From Pseudothermotoga sp. (GTDB lineage Bacteria > Thermotogota > Thermotogae > Thermotogales > DSM-5069), in assembly GCA_031962025.1 (NCBI GenBank), contig JAVRKW010000001.1: 64,000 nucleotides of DNA. The stretch is one strand, 5' to 3'. Below the pieces are notes generated by a model. The model worked only from the letters and a program-made list of their open reading frames with translations. It searched no databases and was not told the DNA's origin. The translations under genes were made by a program, and so were the position numbers. Positions 10,290 to 19,388 of this stretch are shown here, piece after piece. Numbering within the stretch: position 1 is the stretch's first letter; each line of letters opens with the position of its first letter.

Positions 10290-11541
10290 CGTTCTCAGTC
10301 CTTTTGATAGGTAATTTCACCGTAAAAGTCGTACCCACACCAAGTTCACTTTCCACAGAGATTTCTCCGTTATGCCGATCAACAATGGTTTTCACTATTG
10401 ACAGCCCCAATCCAGAACCACCCATTTTTCTGCTGCGTCCCTTGTCGACTCTGTAAAATCTGTCGAATATCCTGTTCAGAGCTTCCTGTGGCATACCCGG
10501 TCCAGTATCAGACACTTTTATAATCGCATGAGAATCAGATTTACTGATCGAAACTTTGACCTTCTTTTCACCGGTATCTTTCAAAGACGTGTACTTTATT
10601 GCGTTGTCAACCAGATTCAAAAGCATCTGGATCAACCTGTCCTGATCTCCAGTGATTGTTACATCACGGCAATCAAAGCTGACTTTGACACCATAATCAT
10701 TTGAAAGAGGCTCGACAATGGACATCACGTACTTTGCCACTGCGCACAAATCGACTTCTTGAAAATCAAATCTTGCTTCACCGGATTCGAGGCGCTCTAA
10801 ATCCAGAAGGTCGTTTATCAATCTTGACATTCTGGCGGATTCGTTCTCTATTATCGTGAGAAATCTGTTTCTTGTATCTGGATCCATTTCAGGATCGCTC
10901 AGAAGTGTTTCTGCATAGCCGTGTATAGAAGTGAGAGGAGTTCTGAGCTCATGAGAAACATTGGAAACGAATTCTCTTCTCATTTCGTTCAGCTCATATT
11001 CTTTTGTCATATCGTGGAAGAGTATGACCACTCTCTTTTCGCCTCTGGGTAAAAGAACGGGTATCATTTTACAGGAGAAATACCTTTTTTTACCTTCGAC
11101 GTATATTATCACATTACCTTCCTGAACCTGCCAGCTCTTGACAGCTTCGTCAAACATTTCTATCAGATAATAATCTTCCAGAGCTTCATAGATTTTCTTT
11201 GTCGTAACGATGGGTCGACTTATTTTCTGTGCGGCTGTGTTCGCAAAGAGTATTTCTCCGGTATTCCCATCGACAAACAAAATTGGGTCGACTATGTTAT
11301 CCAGCAAAGTCATCGTGTTTTCTCTGCTCTTTTGAGCCATGGCAAGTTCATCTTCCAGATTGGTTATGGTTTTGCGAAGTGTTTCCAGGACATAAGAAGG
11401 TGGCGAGTCATCTGGAACATTCACCAACTCCGCCACCCTGATGAAAAATCGTCTCAGGTTCTTAACCGTTCTGTCTCGAATCACAGCGTAGAAAAATACA
11501 AAAGCAGCAAATCCAGCTAAAGCTCCCAAGAAAACTGCCAC
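10276..11541 (-). CDS. hpkA: PAS-domain sensor histidine kinase (PhoR/WalK-like; Thermotoga HpkA)
   Basis: SHELRTPLT, NLVDNAIKY, DTGPG, GGSGLGLS; order drrA-hpkA-pdp. Confidence 0.9.
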   Translation of the reverse strand: MAVFLGALAGFAAFVFFYAVIRDRTVKNLRRFFIRVAELVNVPDDSPPSYVLETLRKTITNLEDELAMAQKSRENTMTLLDNIVDPILFVDGNTGEILFANTAAQKISRPIVTTKKIYEALEDYYLIEMFDEAVKSWQVQEGNVIIYVEGKKRYFSCKMIPVLLPRGEKRVVILFHDMTKEYELNEMRREFVSNVSHELRTPLTSIHGYAETLLSDPEMDPDTRNRFLTIIENESARMSRLINDLLDLERLESGEARFDFQEVDLCAVAKYVMSIVEPLSNDYGVKVSFDCRDVTITGDQDRLIQMLLNLVDNAIKYTSLKDTGEKKVKVSISKSDSHAIIKVSDTGPGMPQEALNRIFDRFYRVDKGRSRKMGGSGLGLSIVKTIVDRHNGEISVESELGVGTTFTVKLPIKRTENDEDV

Positions 11542-11544
11542 TTA

Positions 11545-12264
11545 CTACTCTTCCTTCCCAGGATCTCTGAACTTGTACCCCTTGCCCCTCACAGTGATTA
11601 TGTACTTTGGATTGGATGGATCTTCTTCGATTTTTGTCCTGAGTCTTCTGATGTGAACATCAACGGTTCGTGTGTCGCCGTAGTAGTCATAACCCCACAA
11701 TTTGTCCAGTAGAACATCTCTGCTGAAGACTTTTCCTTCATTTTCAGCCAGAAATCTCAGCAGTTCAAATTCAAGCGGCGTGAGGCTGACTTTTTGTCCA
11801 AACACTCTAACTTCGTATCTTTCAACATCGATTTCTAATCCCTTTGCAATTATCTTCTTTGGTCTTTCCTCTCTTTCCTGAACGCTGAGTTGAATTCTCC
11901 TGAAAACAGCTTTGATTCTTGCTATCATTTCTCTGATGCTGAAGGGTTTTGTGATGTAGTCATCAGCACCAAGCTCCAGACCAAGGACCTTATCGAATTC
12001 CTCACCTTTTGCACTGAGAAATACTACGGGTGTGTTCTTGTACTTCTCGGTGCTTCTCAGTTGTCTGACGAGCTCAAACCCATCCATCCCAGGTAGCATG
12101 ATGTCGACAATGAACATGTCCACCGGTTCATTCGTTGCAACTTTGAGTGCTTCCTCGGCTTCGTAGGCTTTCAAGACGTCGTAGCCTTCGCGAGCCAAAT
12201 TGTAGCTTACCAGTTCAATGATTGATGGATCATCATCCACGACAAGAATTTTCTTTTTCGCCAT
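11545..12264 (-). CDS. drrA: OmpR/PhoB-family response regulator (Thermotoga DrrA); start refined to ATG 12264
   Basis: MAKKKILVVDDD, DIMLPGMDG, GADDYITKPF, RTVDVHIRRLR; SD-like GAGGGTG before the ATG. Confidence 0.92.
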   Translation of the reverse strand: MAKKKILVVDDDPSIIELVSYNLAREGYDVLKAYEAEEALKVATNEPVDMFIVDIMLPGMDGFELVRQLRSTEKYKNTPVVFLSAKGEEFDKVLGLELGADDYITKPFSIREMIARIKAVFRRIQLSVQEREERPKKIIAKGLEIDVERYEVRVFGQKVSLTPLEFELLRFLAENEGKVFSRDVLLDKLWGYDYYGDTRTVDVHIRRLRTKIEEDPSNPKYIITVRGKGYKFRDPGKEE

Positions 12265-12426
12265 ATCTACACCCTCTTCGGGTACACCTCCTTTTTGGAA
12301 AATCAGTTTTGAAATCCACACCGTGTTAACATTATAACAGAAACTCTGAGAATTGTAACATGGATTCTTGGTCATATCAATTTTTTCAGATATCACATGC
12401 TATAATGAGGTATCGGAGGTATTTGA

Positions 12427-12912
12427 ATGAAAAAAGCCTTCACCCTCTTAGAAATGCTAATCGTCCTTGCCATTTTTTCAAGCTTTCTTGTCATACTCAC
12501 ACTTGTTCTCAATAATTACCTGGTCAAATCACAGAAAAACATTGCTCTGCTTGATTCACTCAGAAGATTGACCGAGACAGCCGATAGGGTCAACGAATAC
12601 CTGATAAAAGCTTCAGGACCATCTAATTCTGTGAAGATAGAATCAGCTACAAAAGTCACTTTTGATATAATCATTTCTGGACAAAAAATAAACGCTGCGA
12701 TAGAAATAGTAGATGATACCAAATTCAACTACCGCGAGAATGATCAGGTTCAAACGGTTCCAGTTGAAAATGTGACTATAAGATTTTCAAAATCAAACCA
12801 GTCAACCGAGATCGATCTTCCACTGAAACTCACTGTGAGTGCTCCAAATCCATTTGATACAAATTCGATCCTGAGTCTGGAATTTAATGTTTATCCACCC
12901 GGTGTGAGGTGA
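12427..12912 (+). CDS. Prepilin-type N-terminal cleavage/methylation protein (minor pilin/pseudopilin)
   Basis: MKKA|FTLLEMLIVLAI class III signal peptide with Glu at +5; GGAGG RBS. Confidence 0.85.
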   Translation: MKKAFTLLEMLIVLAIFSSFLVILTLVLNNYLVKSQKNIALLDSLRRLTETADRVNEYLIKASGPSNSVKIESATKVTFDIIISGQKINAAIEIVDDTKFNYRENDQVQTVPVENVTIRFSKSNQSTEIDLPLKLTVSAPNPFDTNSILSLEFNVYPPGVR

Positions 12913-12916
12913 GCGT

Positions 12917-14878
12917 ATGACGGCAAAAAATGGATATATAATAGTGATCAGTATACTGCTTGTTGCCGTATGCGCAATAATTTCAGTTGCAATTTTTACA
13001 CAAATAGAAGCTACTATCAGAAAAGTTTCACTTACCGTACAGAGACTGCAAGAAAAATCAGACGCAATAAAGGTCATAGCAACTGCTGGTGCTTACCTGA
13101 GAAGCAAATACAGCGTAGCCAATGGATTTTATCTTGCAGATCACCTGACAGTCCCGTCTGATTTTGGAGAAGTAAAAAATGTAATCATCAACAGCTCTGG
13201 ACCGGTTGAAAAAACTGTATGGCAAGATTTTTTCACCGGTGGTTCTATAAGTGATGTGCAATTTTCAACACTCAAAAATCTTTTACAACTTGCAAGCGGA
13301 AGTGACTCACCTTTAAAAAAAGCTTTGATCGACAGTAAGGCAAAAAAACTGATACAGGCAGACCTTTCAAAGATACGCGTTTATGCCTTCTCGCAGTCTA
13401 ATGACCGATCCTGGCTTGTTTTATTATGCACAAATATTGGTACTTCATGGGCATGGGCGCTTGTTGGTCCTGAAGGTTTCTTCAATTACGCTGTTTTTCT
13501 GCCCAATGGCATACCATCGATGACGTATTATGGCGACGGTGAAGTTATAGATGGTCCGAGCTGGTTTGGAGTAGATGACAGAGGCACTGGTGGTTTGGGA
13601 ATAGGAGGTTCCATTGGACCGAGATTCTATGGAAAGTCTTTTTACAGAATCCTTCGTGATTATTTGATCGGACCAGCAAAACAAAGTGATGTTTTCCTTG
13701 GTGGTCGAGTGACTCTCAGCGATAACGATGTAGCTGCTTTCAAGTCAGCTTATCAGGGAAAAGTGTACTGGGAGGCACAGCTTTCGAGTTTTGAAAAAGT
13801 GGACATCGTTGATCTTGCAAAGGGAAATGCCAATATCCCACAGAACCCTGCAGGACTTATCTTAACCTATTCCAAACTTCCTAATACGAATAAGGATGAT
13901 TTGATAATCAATTCATCGATATCAAAAATGAATGGAAATGATGTACAGATAATAGAATTCTCTGGACCAGATGGGTATTTCAAGAAAGACGGTAGATCGT
14001 ATCAGGTTGAACTCATCATTCCATTCCCTGGTCCACCAAATGTACCGATCAGTGTTGTTGCCACCGAAACTGAATCTGGAAAGAGATACACTTCATCCCT
14101 GCCATCTTTCAATGGTTTTTTGGGTCTTTTGTGCGAAACAACCAATTCTTCCATCGGAATAGGTAAAAAAGACAGTTGGAACAAGAATATCTTCATGGGA
14201 GACTGGACGATACTTGTGATGGGAAACAAAGGCAGACAGGAGGAACAAACTCCATGGGACACAGTTAAAATCTACACAGACATAGAATACTACAGCGCCA
14301 GAGATGACTCGACGATGATTGTTGAGTATCAGGGGAAAAGCTACGAAGTTTTCATGAACCCATTCTTTGCCGATAAAACTCCTATCCCCAACAACAGGGA
14401 TGTTAAGGGCAGACTCAAACTTGTGGATGGGAGCCAGACGCTCGAACTGATTGATGGGAAAACCTTTTGGGATGCATGGTACAAAAAGCTCGCACAGGTT
14501 GGAAGCAAAGATCACATAAATTTGATAACAACCGGCGATATAATTGTACCATGGCACGATGGTTACAAGACTGGCTCTGGCATCAGGAATCTTCGTATGG
14601 ACATGAGCATCTTCACCATGTATTGGGACAGAAATAAAAAACCAGGTCAAGGTAATCAGGTGCTGGTTCCAACCTTTAAGGTTGACTACAGCAAATTTCA
14701 GGGTTTAAGCTACAGAGTTGTCTTCGGTTCAATTGCGTCAGAAGCCGTTACTGCAACATGGAGCGGTAGCAAAGGTTTGAAGGAATTCAACATCTTTGAT
14801 AATCGGCTTTATTCAGCAAAAAGAGGTTTTTCTCCAATGACCGGTGCTATCTTGCTTGAAGGGTTGCGACTCAGATGA
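12917..14878 (+). CDS. Large PilX/GspK-like pilin-associated protein with an unrecognised beta-rich C-terminal region
   Basis: MTAKNG|YIIVISILLV (no Glu at +5, as in PilX/GspK); between two pilin-like genes. Confidence 0.6.
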   Translation: MTAKNGYIIVISILLVAVCAIISVAIFTQIEATIRKVSLTVQRLQEKSDAIKVIATAGAYLRSKYSVANGFYLADHLTVPSDFGEVKNVIINSSGPVEKTVWQDFFTGGSISDVQFSTLKNLLQLASGSDSPLKKALIDSKAKKLIQADLSKIRVYAFSQSNDRSWLVLLCTNIGTSWAWALVGPEGFFNYAVFLPNGIPSMTYYGDGEVIDGPSWFGVDDRGTGGLGIGGSIGPRFYGKSFYRILRDYLIGPAKQSDVFLGGRVTLSDNDVAAFKSAYQGKVYWEAQLSSFEKVDIVDLAKGNANIPQNPAGLILTYSKLPNTNKDDLIINSSISKMNGNDVQIIEFSGPDGYFKKDGRSYQVELIIPFPGPPNVPISVVATETESGKRYTSSLPSFNGFLGLLCETTNSSIGIGKKDSWNKNIFMGDWTILVMGNKGRQEEQTPWDTVKIYTDIEYYSARDDSTMIVEYQGKSYEVFMNPFFADKTPIPNNRDVKGRLKLVDGSQTLELIDGKTFWDAWYKKLAQVGSKDHINLITTGDIIVPWHDGYKTGSGIRNLRMDMSIFTMYWDRNKKPGQGNQVLVPTFKVDYSKFQGLSYRVVFGSIASEAVTATWSGSKGLKEFNIFDNRLYSAKRGFSPMTGAILLEGLRLR

Positions 14879-15186
14879 GAGGATATTCTCTAATTGAGTT
14901 GATCATTGGTATAACTATCATTTCCGTGGCTTTACTTGTTTTGATTCTATCGGCAGATCAGGTCATAAGAAGCTTCTCAAAATCGAACGAAATTCTCGCA
15001 AATACAGCGACATTTTTCAACCAGACGACTTCGAACTTTGCAGGACAGGTTTCCAGCACTTTTGTGAACACTCTTGACAAAGTTCTCAATTATCAGCTTG
15101 CTGGTGCCTATGCGTTTTTCGATTCAATTGAAGTGAGATCAGTTTTTCAAGGTTATGTCTACGCGCTGAAAGACCCAAGATTCTAA
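14875..15186 (+). CDS. Short PilV-like minor pilin
   Basis: MRG|YSLIELIIGITII; ATGA overlap with the upstream gene. Confidence 0.8.
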   Translation: MRGYSLIELIIGITIISVALLVLILSADQVIRSFSKSNEILANTATFFNQTTSNFAGQVSSTFVNTLDKVLNYQLAGAYAFFDSIEVRSVFQGYVYALKDPRF

Positions 15187-16154
15187 ATCTGCCCGACTTC
15201 TTTGAGAAAACTCAGTAAAAATCCGCGAGCCAGAGCTGAAAACCTTGAGATGATATTCACTGTAGTTTGCTTTAATGGCTGAAGTTCATCTTTACGAGCA
15301 GCGTAATCAGAGATCGTCAGTACACGCTCATTGAGAAGATCTCCATAGACCGCTTTCAGTTGTCTGTCGACATTATCTATATTACTCAAGCCAAGCCAGC
15401 GAACTTTTTGTATCAGCTGGCGCAGATATCTGCTGTTTTCAGGCTGGGCTTTTTTTATGGCATCTACAATGTCCTGATCGTATTCATACAGCAGATAAGC
15501 CAGATATTCATCATAGGAATAGTGTGAATTTGAAAGAAATTGAGCGGTCTGCTTATCGAAAAACGCTCTTAAAGTGTCAAAGAAGGTACCTGGAGTGTTA
15601 TGGTATGGCATTGATAAATCTTCAAGATAATGAAGTGCCCTTGCTAAAAAACGGTATCCCCAGTATTCATCGCCTTTTTTGAATGCCTGTCGGGACATGT
15701 CGACAAAATAATAAAAACTCTGACTGCCTTCGAAAAATTCAAAAATCGCCAAGTTGTACTTCATGTGTCTGACACCCTGGCTATTCCCAATGATGTTCTG
15801 TAAAGGTGAAAGCTGTAATCCTTCATCCATACCCAAATCAGGCTCAACTGAATACACCATCATTATCTGCCACACTGGAACCTTTCCATCAACCGGTTTT
15901 GGATCAGGAGGAAGATAGCAGGTATCTCTCAAAGTGCAGGATTTGATGAACTCTCCGCAGTAATCATCAAGTCTGAGGTATTCCATGTTGTAAATTCTTT
16001 TTTCACTATAATCGTACTTTGTTATTTGAATTAATTTCTCACTGTTTGGAAGAAAATCTTTGACTAAAAGGTAAGTGAGTACTTCATGAGCAGACCAGCC
16101 AAAAGTCATTACCCAACACAAACTGATTAACACTGCACAGAAGAATTTTTTCAT
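15183..16154 (-). CDS. Secreted zinc-dependent phospholipase C / S1-P1 nuclease fold protein
   Basis: Signal peptide then G|WSAH; EPD, H, ARALHYLEDLSMPYH, HYSYDE metal-ligand pattern. Confidence 0.75.
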   Translation of the reverse strand: MKKFFCAVLISLCWVMTFGWSAHEVLTYLLVKDFLPNSEKLIQITKYDYSEKRIYNMEYLRLDDYCGEFIKSCTLRDTCYLPPDPKPVDGKVPVWQIMMVYSVEPDLGMDEGLQLSPLQNIIGNSQGVRHMKYNLAIFEFFEGSQSFYYFVDMSRQAFKKGDEYWGYRFLARALHYLEDLSMPYHNTPGTFFDTLRAFFDKQTAQFLSNSHYSYDEYLAYLLYEYDQDIVDAIKKAQPENSRYLRQLIQKVRWLGLSNIDNVDRQLKAVYGDLLNERVLTISDYAARKDELQPLKQTTVNIISRFSALARGFLLSFLKEVGQI

Positions 16155-16360
16155 ATCAACACCCCCTTTTCATTTTAGCATAGAAAGTGGCATACACGAG
16201 CATAAGAGAGCATACATAAGAAAGAGAGAGAATAAGAACAATAGAGAAGATTTGCCAAAGATTGCCAACCATAGTCAAAGATTACCAGATTTTGCTTGAA
16301 TGCAGCTCTGATGGTAATATTATACAGGAAAGTAACATAATATTACAGAGGAGGGTTAAA

Positions 16361-17596
16361 ATGACTGGTTCATATTTTATGGAACTCGAGGACAGGTACG
16401 GTGCCCACAATTACAAACCTATCCCGGTTGTTATTGAAAAAGGAGAAGGAGTCTGGGTATGGGACGTAGATGGAAACAAATACCTTGACATGCTTTCAGC
16501 TTACTCTGCTCTCAACCACGGACATCGCCACCCGAAAATTATCAAGGCGATGACAGATCAGCTAAGCAAGCTAACTCTTACTTCAAGGGCTTTTTACAAC
16601 AACTTGCTTGGTCGGTTCGAAGAAAGACTCGCCACCTTTGCAGGTTACGATAAGGTACTTTTCATGAACACAGGGGCTGAGGCTGTTGAAAGCGCTTTGA
16701 AAATAGCACGTAAATGGGCTTACTACAAACACGGCATACCAATGAATAATGGAGATATCATAACTGTTGAAGGGAACTTCCACGGAAGAACTATAACCAT
16801 AATTTCTTTTTCAACAGAGCACCAGTACCGGGATGGTTTTGGACCATATACCCCTGGTTTCAAAATAGCTCCATTTGGTGACGCAAAATCACTTGAGGCT
16901 TTGATCGACGAGCGTACCATAGGAATACTGATAGAACCCATTCAAGGAGAAGGTGGTGTGCGAGTACCCAAGGAAGGTTATCTGAGAGAACTCAGGGAAA
17001 TTTCCAGAAAACACAAAGTACTTTTGATGTTTGACGAAATTCAAACAGGGCTTGGCAGAACGGGAAAGATCTTTGCCTGGCAATGGGAAGATGTTAAGCC
17101 AGACATTCTGATACTTGGTAAAGCTCTTGGTGGAGGCGTATATCCTGTTTCTGCTGTTCTGACAAGTGATGATATAATGAGTGTTCTAAAGCCAGGAGAT
17201 CACGGATCAACATTTGGTGGCAATCCACTCGCAGCGGCAGTCGGGATTGCTTCGATAGACGTTCTGGAAGAAGAAAAACTGGATGTCAGAGCAAAAGAAC
17301 TTGGCGATTATTTCATAAAACAACTCAGGTCAATTGAGAGTGAATACATAAAAGAAGTCCGTGGAAAAGGTCTTCTAATAGGTGTTGAGATCAAAGAAGA
17401 ATATGGTACAGCCAGACCTTTCTGTGAGAAACTCGCAAAGCTTGGAATATTGTGTAAAGAAACGCATGAACAGGTTATCAGGTTTGCTCCCCCACTTGTA
17501 ATAAAGAAAGAAGAAATAGACTGGGCACTGGAGAGAATTTCAAAAGTTCTCACAGAACCAATTTCTACCAAAAATGTCTCAAGGAAAACTGTTTGA
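16361..17596 (+). CDS. rocD: Ornithine--oxo-acid transaminase (start refined to ATG 16361)
   Basis: GAHNYKP, LSAYSALNHGHRHP, LTLTSRAF, EPIQGEGG, DEIQTGLGRTG, LGKALGGG, HGSTFGGNP; GAGGAGG RBS. Confidence 0.95.
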   Translation: MTGSYFMELEDRYGAHNYKPIPVVIEKGEGVWVWDVDGNKYLDMLSAYSALNHGHRHPKIIKAMTDQLSKLTLTSRAFYNNLLGRFEERLATFAGYDKVLFMNTGAEAVESALKIARKWAYYKHGIPMNNGDIITVEGNFHGRTITIISFSTEHQYRDGFGPYTPGFKIAPFGDAKSLEALIDERTIGILIEPIQGEGGVRVPKEGYLRELREISRKHKVLLMFDEIQTGLGRTGKIFAWQWEDVKPDILILGKALGGGVYPVSAVLTSDDIMSVLKPGDHGSTFGGNPLAAAVGIASIDVLEEEKLDVRAKELGDYFIKQLRSIESEYIKEVRGKGLLIGVEIKEEYGTARPFCEKLAKLGILCKETHEQVIRFAPPLVIKKEEIDWALERISKVLTEPISTKNVSRKTV

Positions 17597-17607
17597 GGAT
17601 TTTCATT

Positions 17608-17642
17608 AAAACTGTGGGCAGTTCCTGCTGCCCACAGTTTTT
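17608..17642. terminator. Bidirectional intrinsic terminator (rocD on +; tnpB/omega-RNA on -)
   Basis: AAAACTGTGGGCAG-TTCCTG-CTGCCCACAGTTTT, 14-bp stem. Confidence 0.9.
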
Positions 17643-17671
17643 GGTACTACCTTTGAAACACAATCAGATTT

Positions 17672-17850
17672 AGTACAATGGATATACAAAAATGAAGTTA
17701 CCCACGACTGAAGTCGCGGGCTTCCTGCTTCATCGACCGGCTTGCTACTGGTAGATGGAGATTATCCAGCCCAGCAGTAGAGGTCCAGTCTCCACAGGCA
17801 TTGCCATTACCGGCTCGGAGCCCACCACCCCTACTCTGTACATTTATAGC
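17672..17850 (-). ncRNA. Predicted TnpB omega-RNA (reRNA) scaffold plus flank-derived guide; 5' boundary approximate
   Basis: GC-rich structured tail overlapping the tnpB 3' end, finishing in the right-end hairpin and TTCAT; flank TTTTGTATATCCATTGTACT follows. Confidence 0.65.
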
Positions 17851-19002
17851 TATGCCTAAATGTGATAACCCTTCTTTTAGTAAGTTTTTGGCTGCATTCT
17901 CATCTCTATCGTGTACCATACCACAAATTGGACATTGCCATACCCTTATCTTCAGGTCTTTCACCTGCCTGTTTTTGTACCCGCAATTGCTACAAATCTG
18001 CGACGATGGAAAACTCGATGAAACTTTCACAAATGTCCTGCCATACCAATTAGATTTGTACTCAAGCATCTCTACAAACTTTGACCATGATACATCCAAT
18101 ATGTTCTTTGCAAAATTATGATTCCTGACAAGGTTCTTTGTCTTCAGGTCTTCACAGATTATCACTTGGTTTTCGTTAACAATCTGTGAAGACAATTTAT
18201 GTAGATAATCTTTTCTAATATTTGCTACCTTTTCGTAAAGCTTTGCAAGTTTTATTCTTGTCTTCTCAAAGTTCTTGCTACCTTCCTTCTTCCTTGAAAG
18301 CTCTTTCTGAAGTTTCTTTATTCTTTTTTCATACTTTGCAAGTATCTTGGGGTTTTCTATATGTCTGCTATTGCTGTCTACCAAGAACTCTTTAACCCCA
18401 AGATCAAAAGCAATAGCAAAATTTGTAGGTGTTTTTGGCATATTATGATTGTCAACCGCATCCTTTTCTACTGCTATTGACACATAAAAGTGTCCACTTG
18501 GTAGCATTTTTACTGTTGCTGTTTTGATTTTGCCTTCAAAAACTCTGTGGATTCTTGCTTTTACCCAGCCAAGTTTGGGTAGTTTTACTCTCCCCCAGCA
18601 ACGTTTTTTATTAGGGTCTGTCGTTAGCTTACCAAAATCTACTTCTATGTTGCCATTTGTATAGCTTGTTGTGTATGAAAAATATTTGCTTTTCTTTCTC
18701 TTAAACTTTGGGTATTTTGCCTGCTTGTTAAAAAATTTCTCGAATGCCTCTACAAGTCTTTTGATTTGATTCTCAAGCGCAAACTTGTCTGGTTCTTTCA
18801 ACCATGGATACTCTTTTTTGAGATGTTTTTGCAGGTGTTCTATCCACTCATAAACATTAGGTGATGCCTTCTGGGTTTTATAAATCTCATTCTGGCGTGC
18901 TAAAAAATAATTCCATACAAATCTGACACAACCAAAAGTCTTCTTTAACTTTATCTCTTGCTCATCTGTGGGGTATATTCTATACCTGTATGTGACTATC
19001 AT
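17698..19002 (-). CDS. tnpB: RNA-guided endonuclease TnpB
   Basis: HTH (YRYRIYPTDEQ...FGCVRFVWN), RuvC-I FDLGVK, RuvC-II CEDL, zinc finger CSNC..CPIC, RuvC-III HDRDENAAKN. Confidence 0.97.
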   Translation of the reverse strand: MIVTYRYRIYPTDEQEIKLKKTFGCVRFVWNYFLARQNEIYKTQKASPNVYEWIEHLQKHLKKEYPWLKEPDKFALENQIKRLVEAFEKFFNKQAKYPKFKRKKSKYFSYTTSYTNGNIEVDFGKLTTDPNKKRCWGRVKLPKLGWVKARIHRVFEGKIKTATVKMLPSGHFYVSIAVEKDAVDNHNMPKTPTNFAIAFDLGVKEFLVDSNSRHIENPKILAKYEKRIKKLQKELSRKKEGSKNFEKTRIKLAKLYEKVANIRKDYLHKLSSQIVNENQVIICEDLKTKNLVRNHNFAKNILDVSWSKFVEMLEYKSNWYGRTFVKVSSSFPSSQICSNCGYKNRQVKDLKIRVWQCPICGMVHDRDENAAKNLLKEGLSHLGIAINVQSRGGGLRAGNGNACGDWTSTAGLDNLHLPVASRSMKQEARDFSRG

Positions 19003-19007
19003 GTACC

Positions 19008-19142
19008 TTACTTCCCCTTCTGAGAATTGATATACTCTCTTATTTGTTCCTCGTACAATATTTTATGTCTGTACTTTACACATCAAACTATGTGATACTG
19101 AAGTGAATATACGTATCCTCTTCCATGATGAACAGTTGCCAT
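19008..19142 (-). pseudogene. tnpA: Internally deleted IS200-type Y1 transposase remnant with a nonsense codon
   Basis: Manual translation MATVHHGRGYVYSLQYHIV*CVKYRHKILYEEQIREYINSQKGK*: N-terminal YHIVWCVKYR motif (W codon now TGA) joined directly to the C-terminal IREYIxxQ helix; HUH core missing. Confidence 0.9.
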
Positions 19143-19166
19143 TTTATCTCATTTCCTCTGTATATA

Positions 19167-19195
19167 TTTATAACATATGCAGATGAGGTAAACAA
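19167..19195 (-). promoter_or_regulatory. Putative sigma70 promoter for tnpA/tnpB inside the element
   Basis: TTGTTT-17 nt-TATAAA with TG extension. Confidence 0.5.
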
Positions 19196-19388
19196 CTATT
19201 TACTGTTATTCTCTCTGTGATTACTTTTACATAATGACGCCTTTACTCATGTCTGAAGACAGGAATAAAAGCGTTTTTCCATCAAATTTTTTGCAGTGAA
19301 TTGGATTAAACCTTAGATTGAGATTGTATTGAGCAAAAAATTAACTGCTGTTAGTGATCAAATTTTGCCCAAATGTACTTTCTGTTTT

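Larger units (their letters stand above)
17692..19280 (-). mobile_element. Non-autonomous IS200/IS605-family element (tnpA remnant plus intact tnpB)
   Basis: On minus: TTGAT (19285-19281), then left-end hairpin ACGCTTTTATTCCTGTC-TTCA-GACATGAGTAAAGGCGT; right-end hairpin CCCGCGAC-TTCA-GTCGTGGG followed by TAACTTCAT; no terminal IRs or TSD. Confidence 0.88.

Noticed and set aside
12324..12361. TGTTAH-like repeats as a DrrA autoregulatory box
   Set aside because: Spacing is not the 11-nt period typical of OmpR-family sites, and one copy is simply the extended -10 element
12265..12396. N-terminal extension of drrA in the ORF track (similar extensions for rocD, NCS2 permease, pepV, meaB, ZIP)
   Set aside because: Extensions cross promoter regions or neighbouring genes; downstream starts fit family N-termini and mostly have SD sequences or stop-start overlaps
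16195..16292. CRISPR array or TRAP-type (G/U)AG repeat track
   Set aside because: Repeats are too short and irregular, with no spacer periodicity and no cas genes
19083..19085. In-frame TGA in the tnpA remnant as selenocysteine or readthrough
   Set aside because: Position is a conserved Trp (TGG to TGA) in a gene already missing its catalytic core
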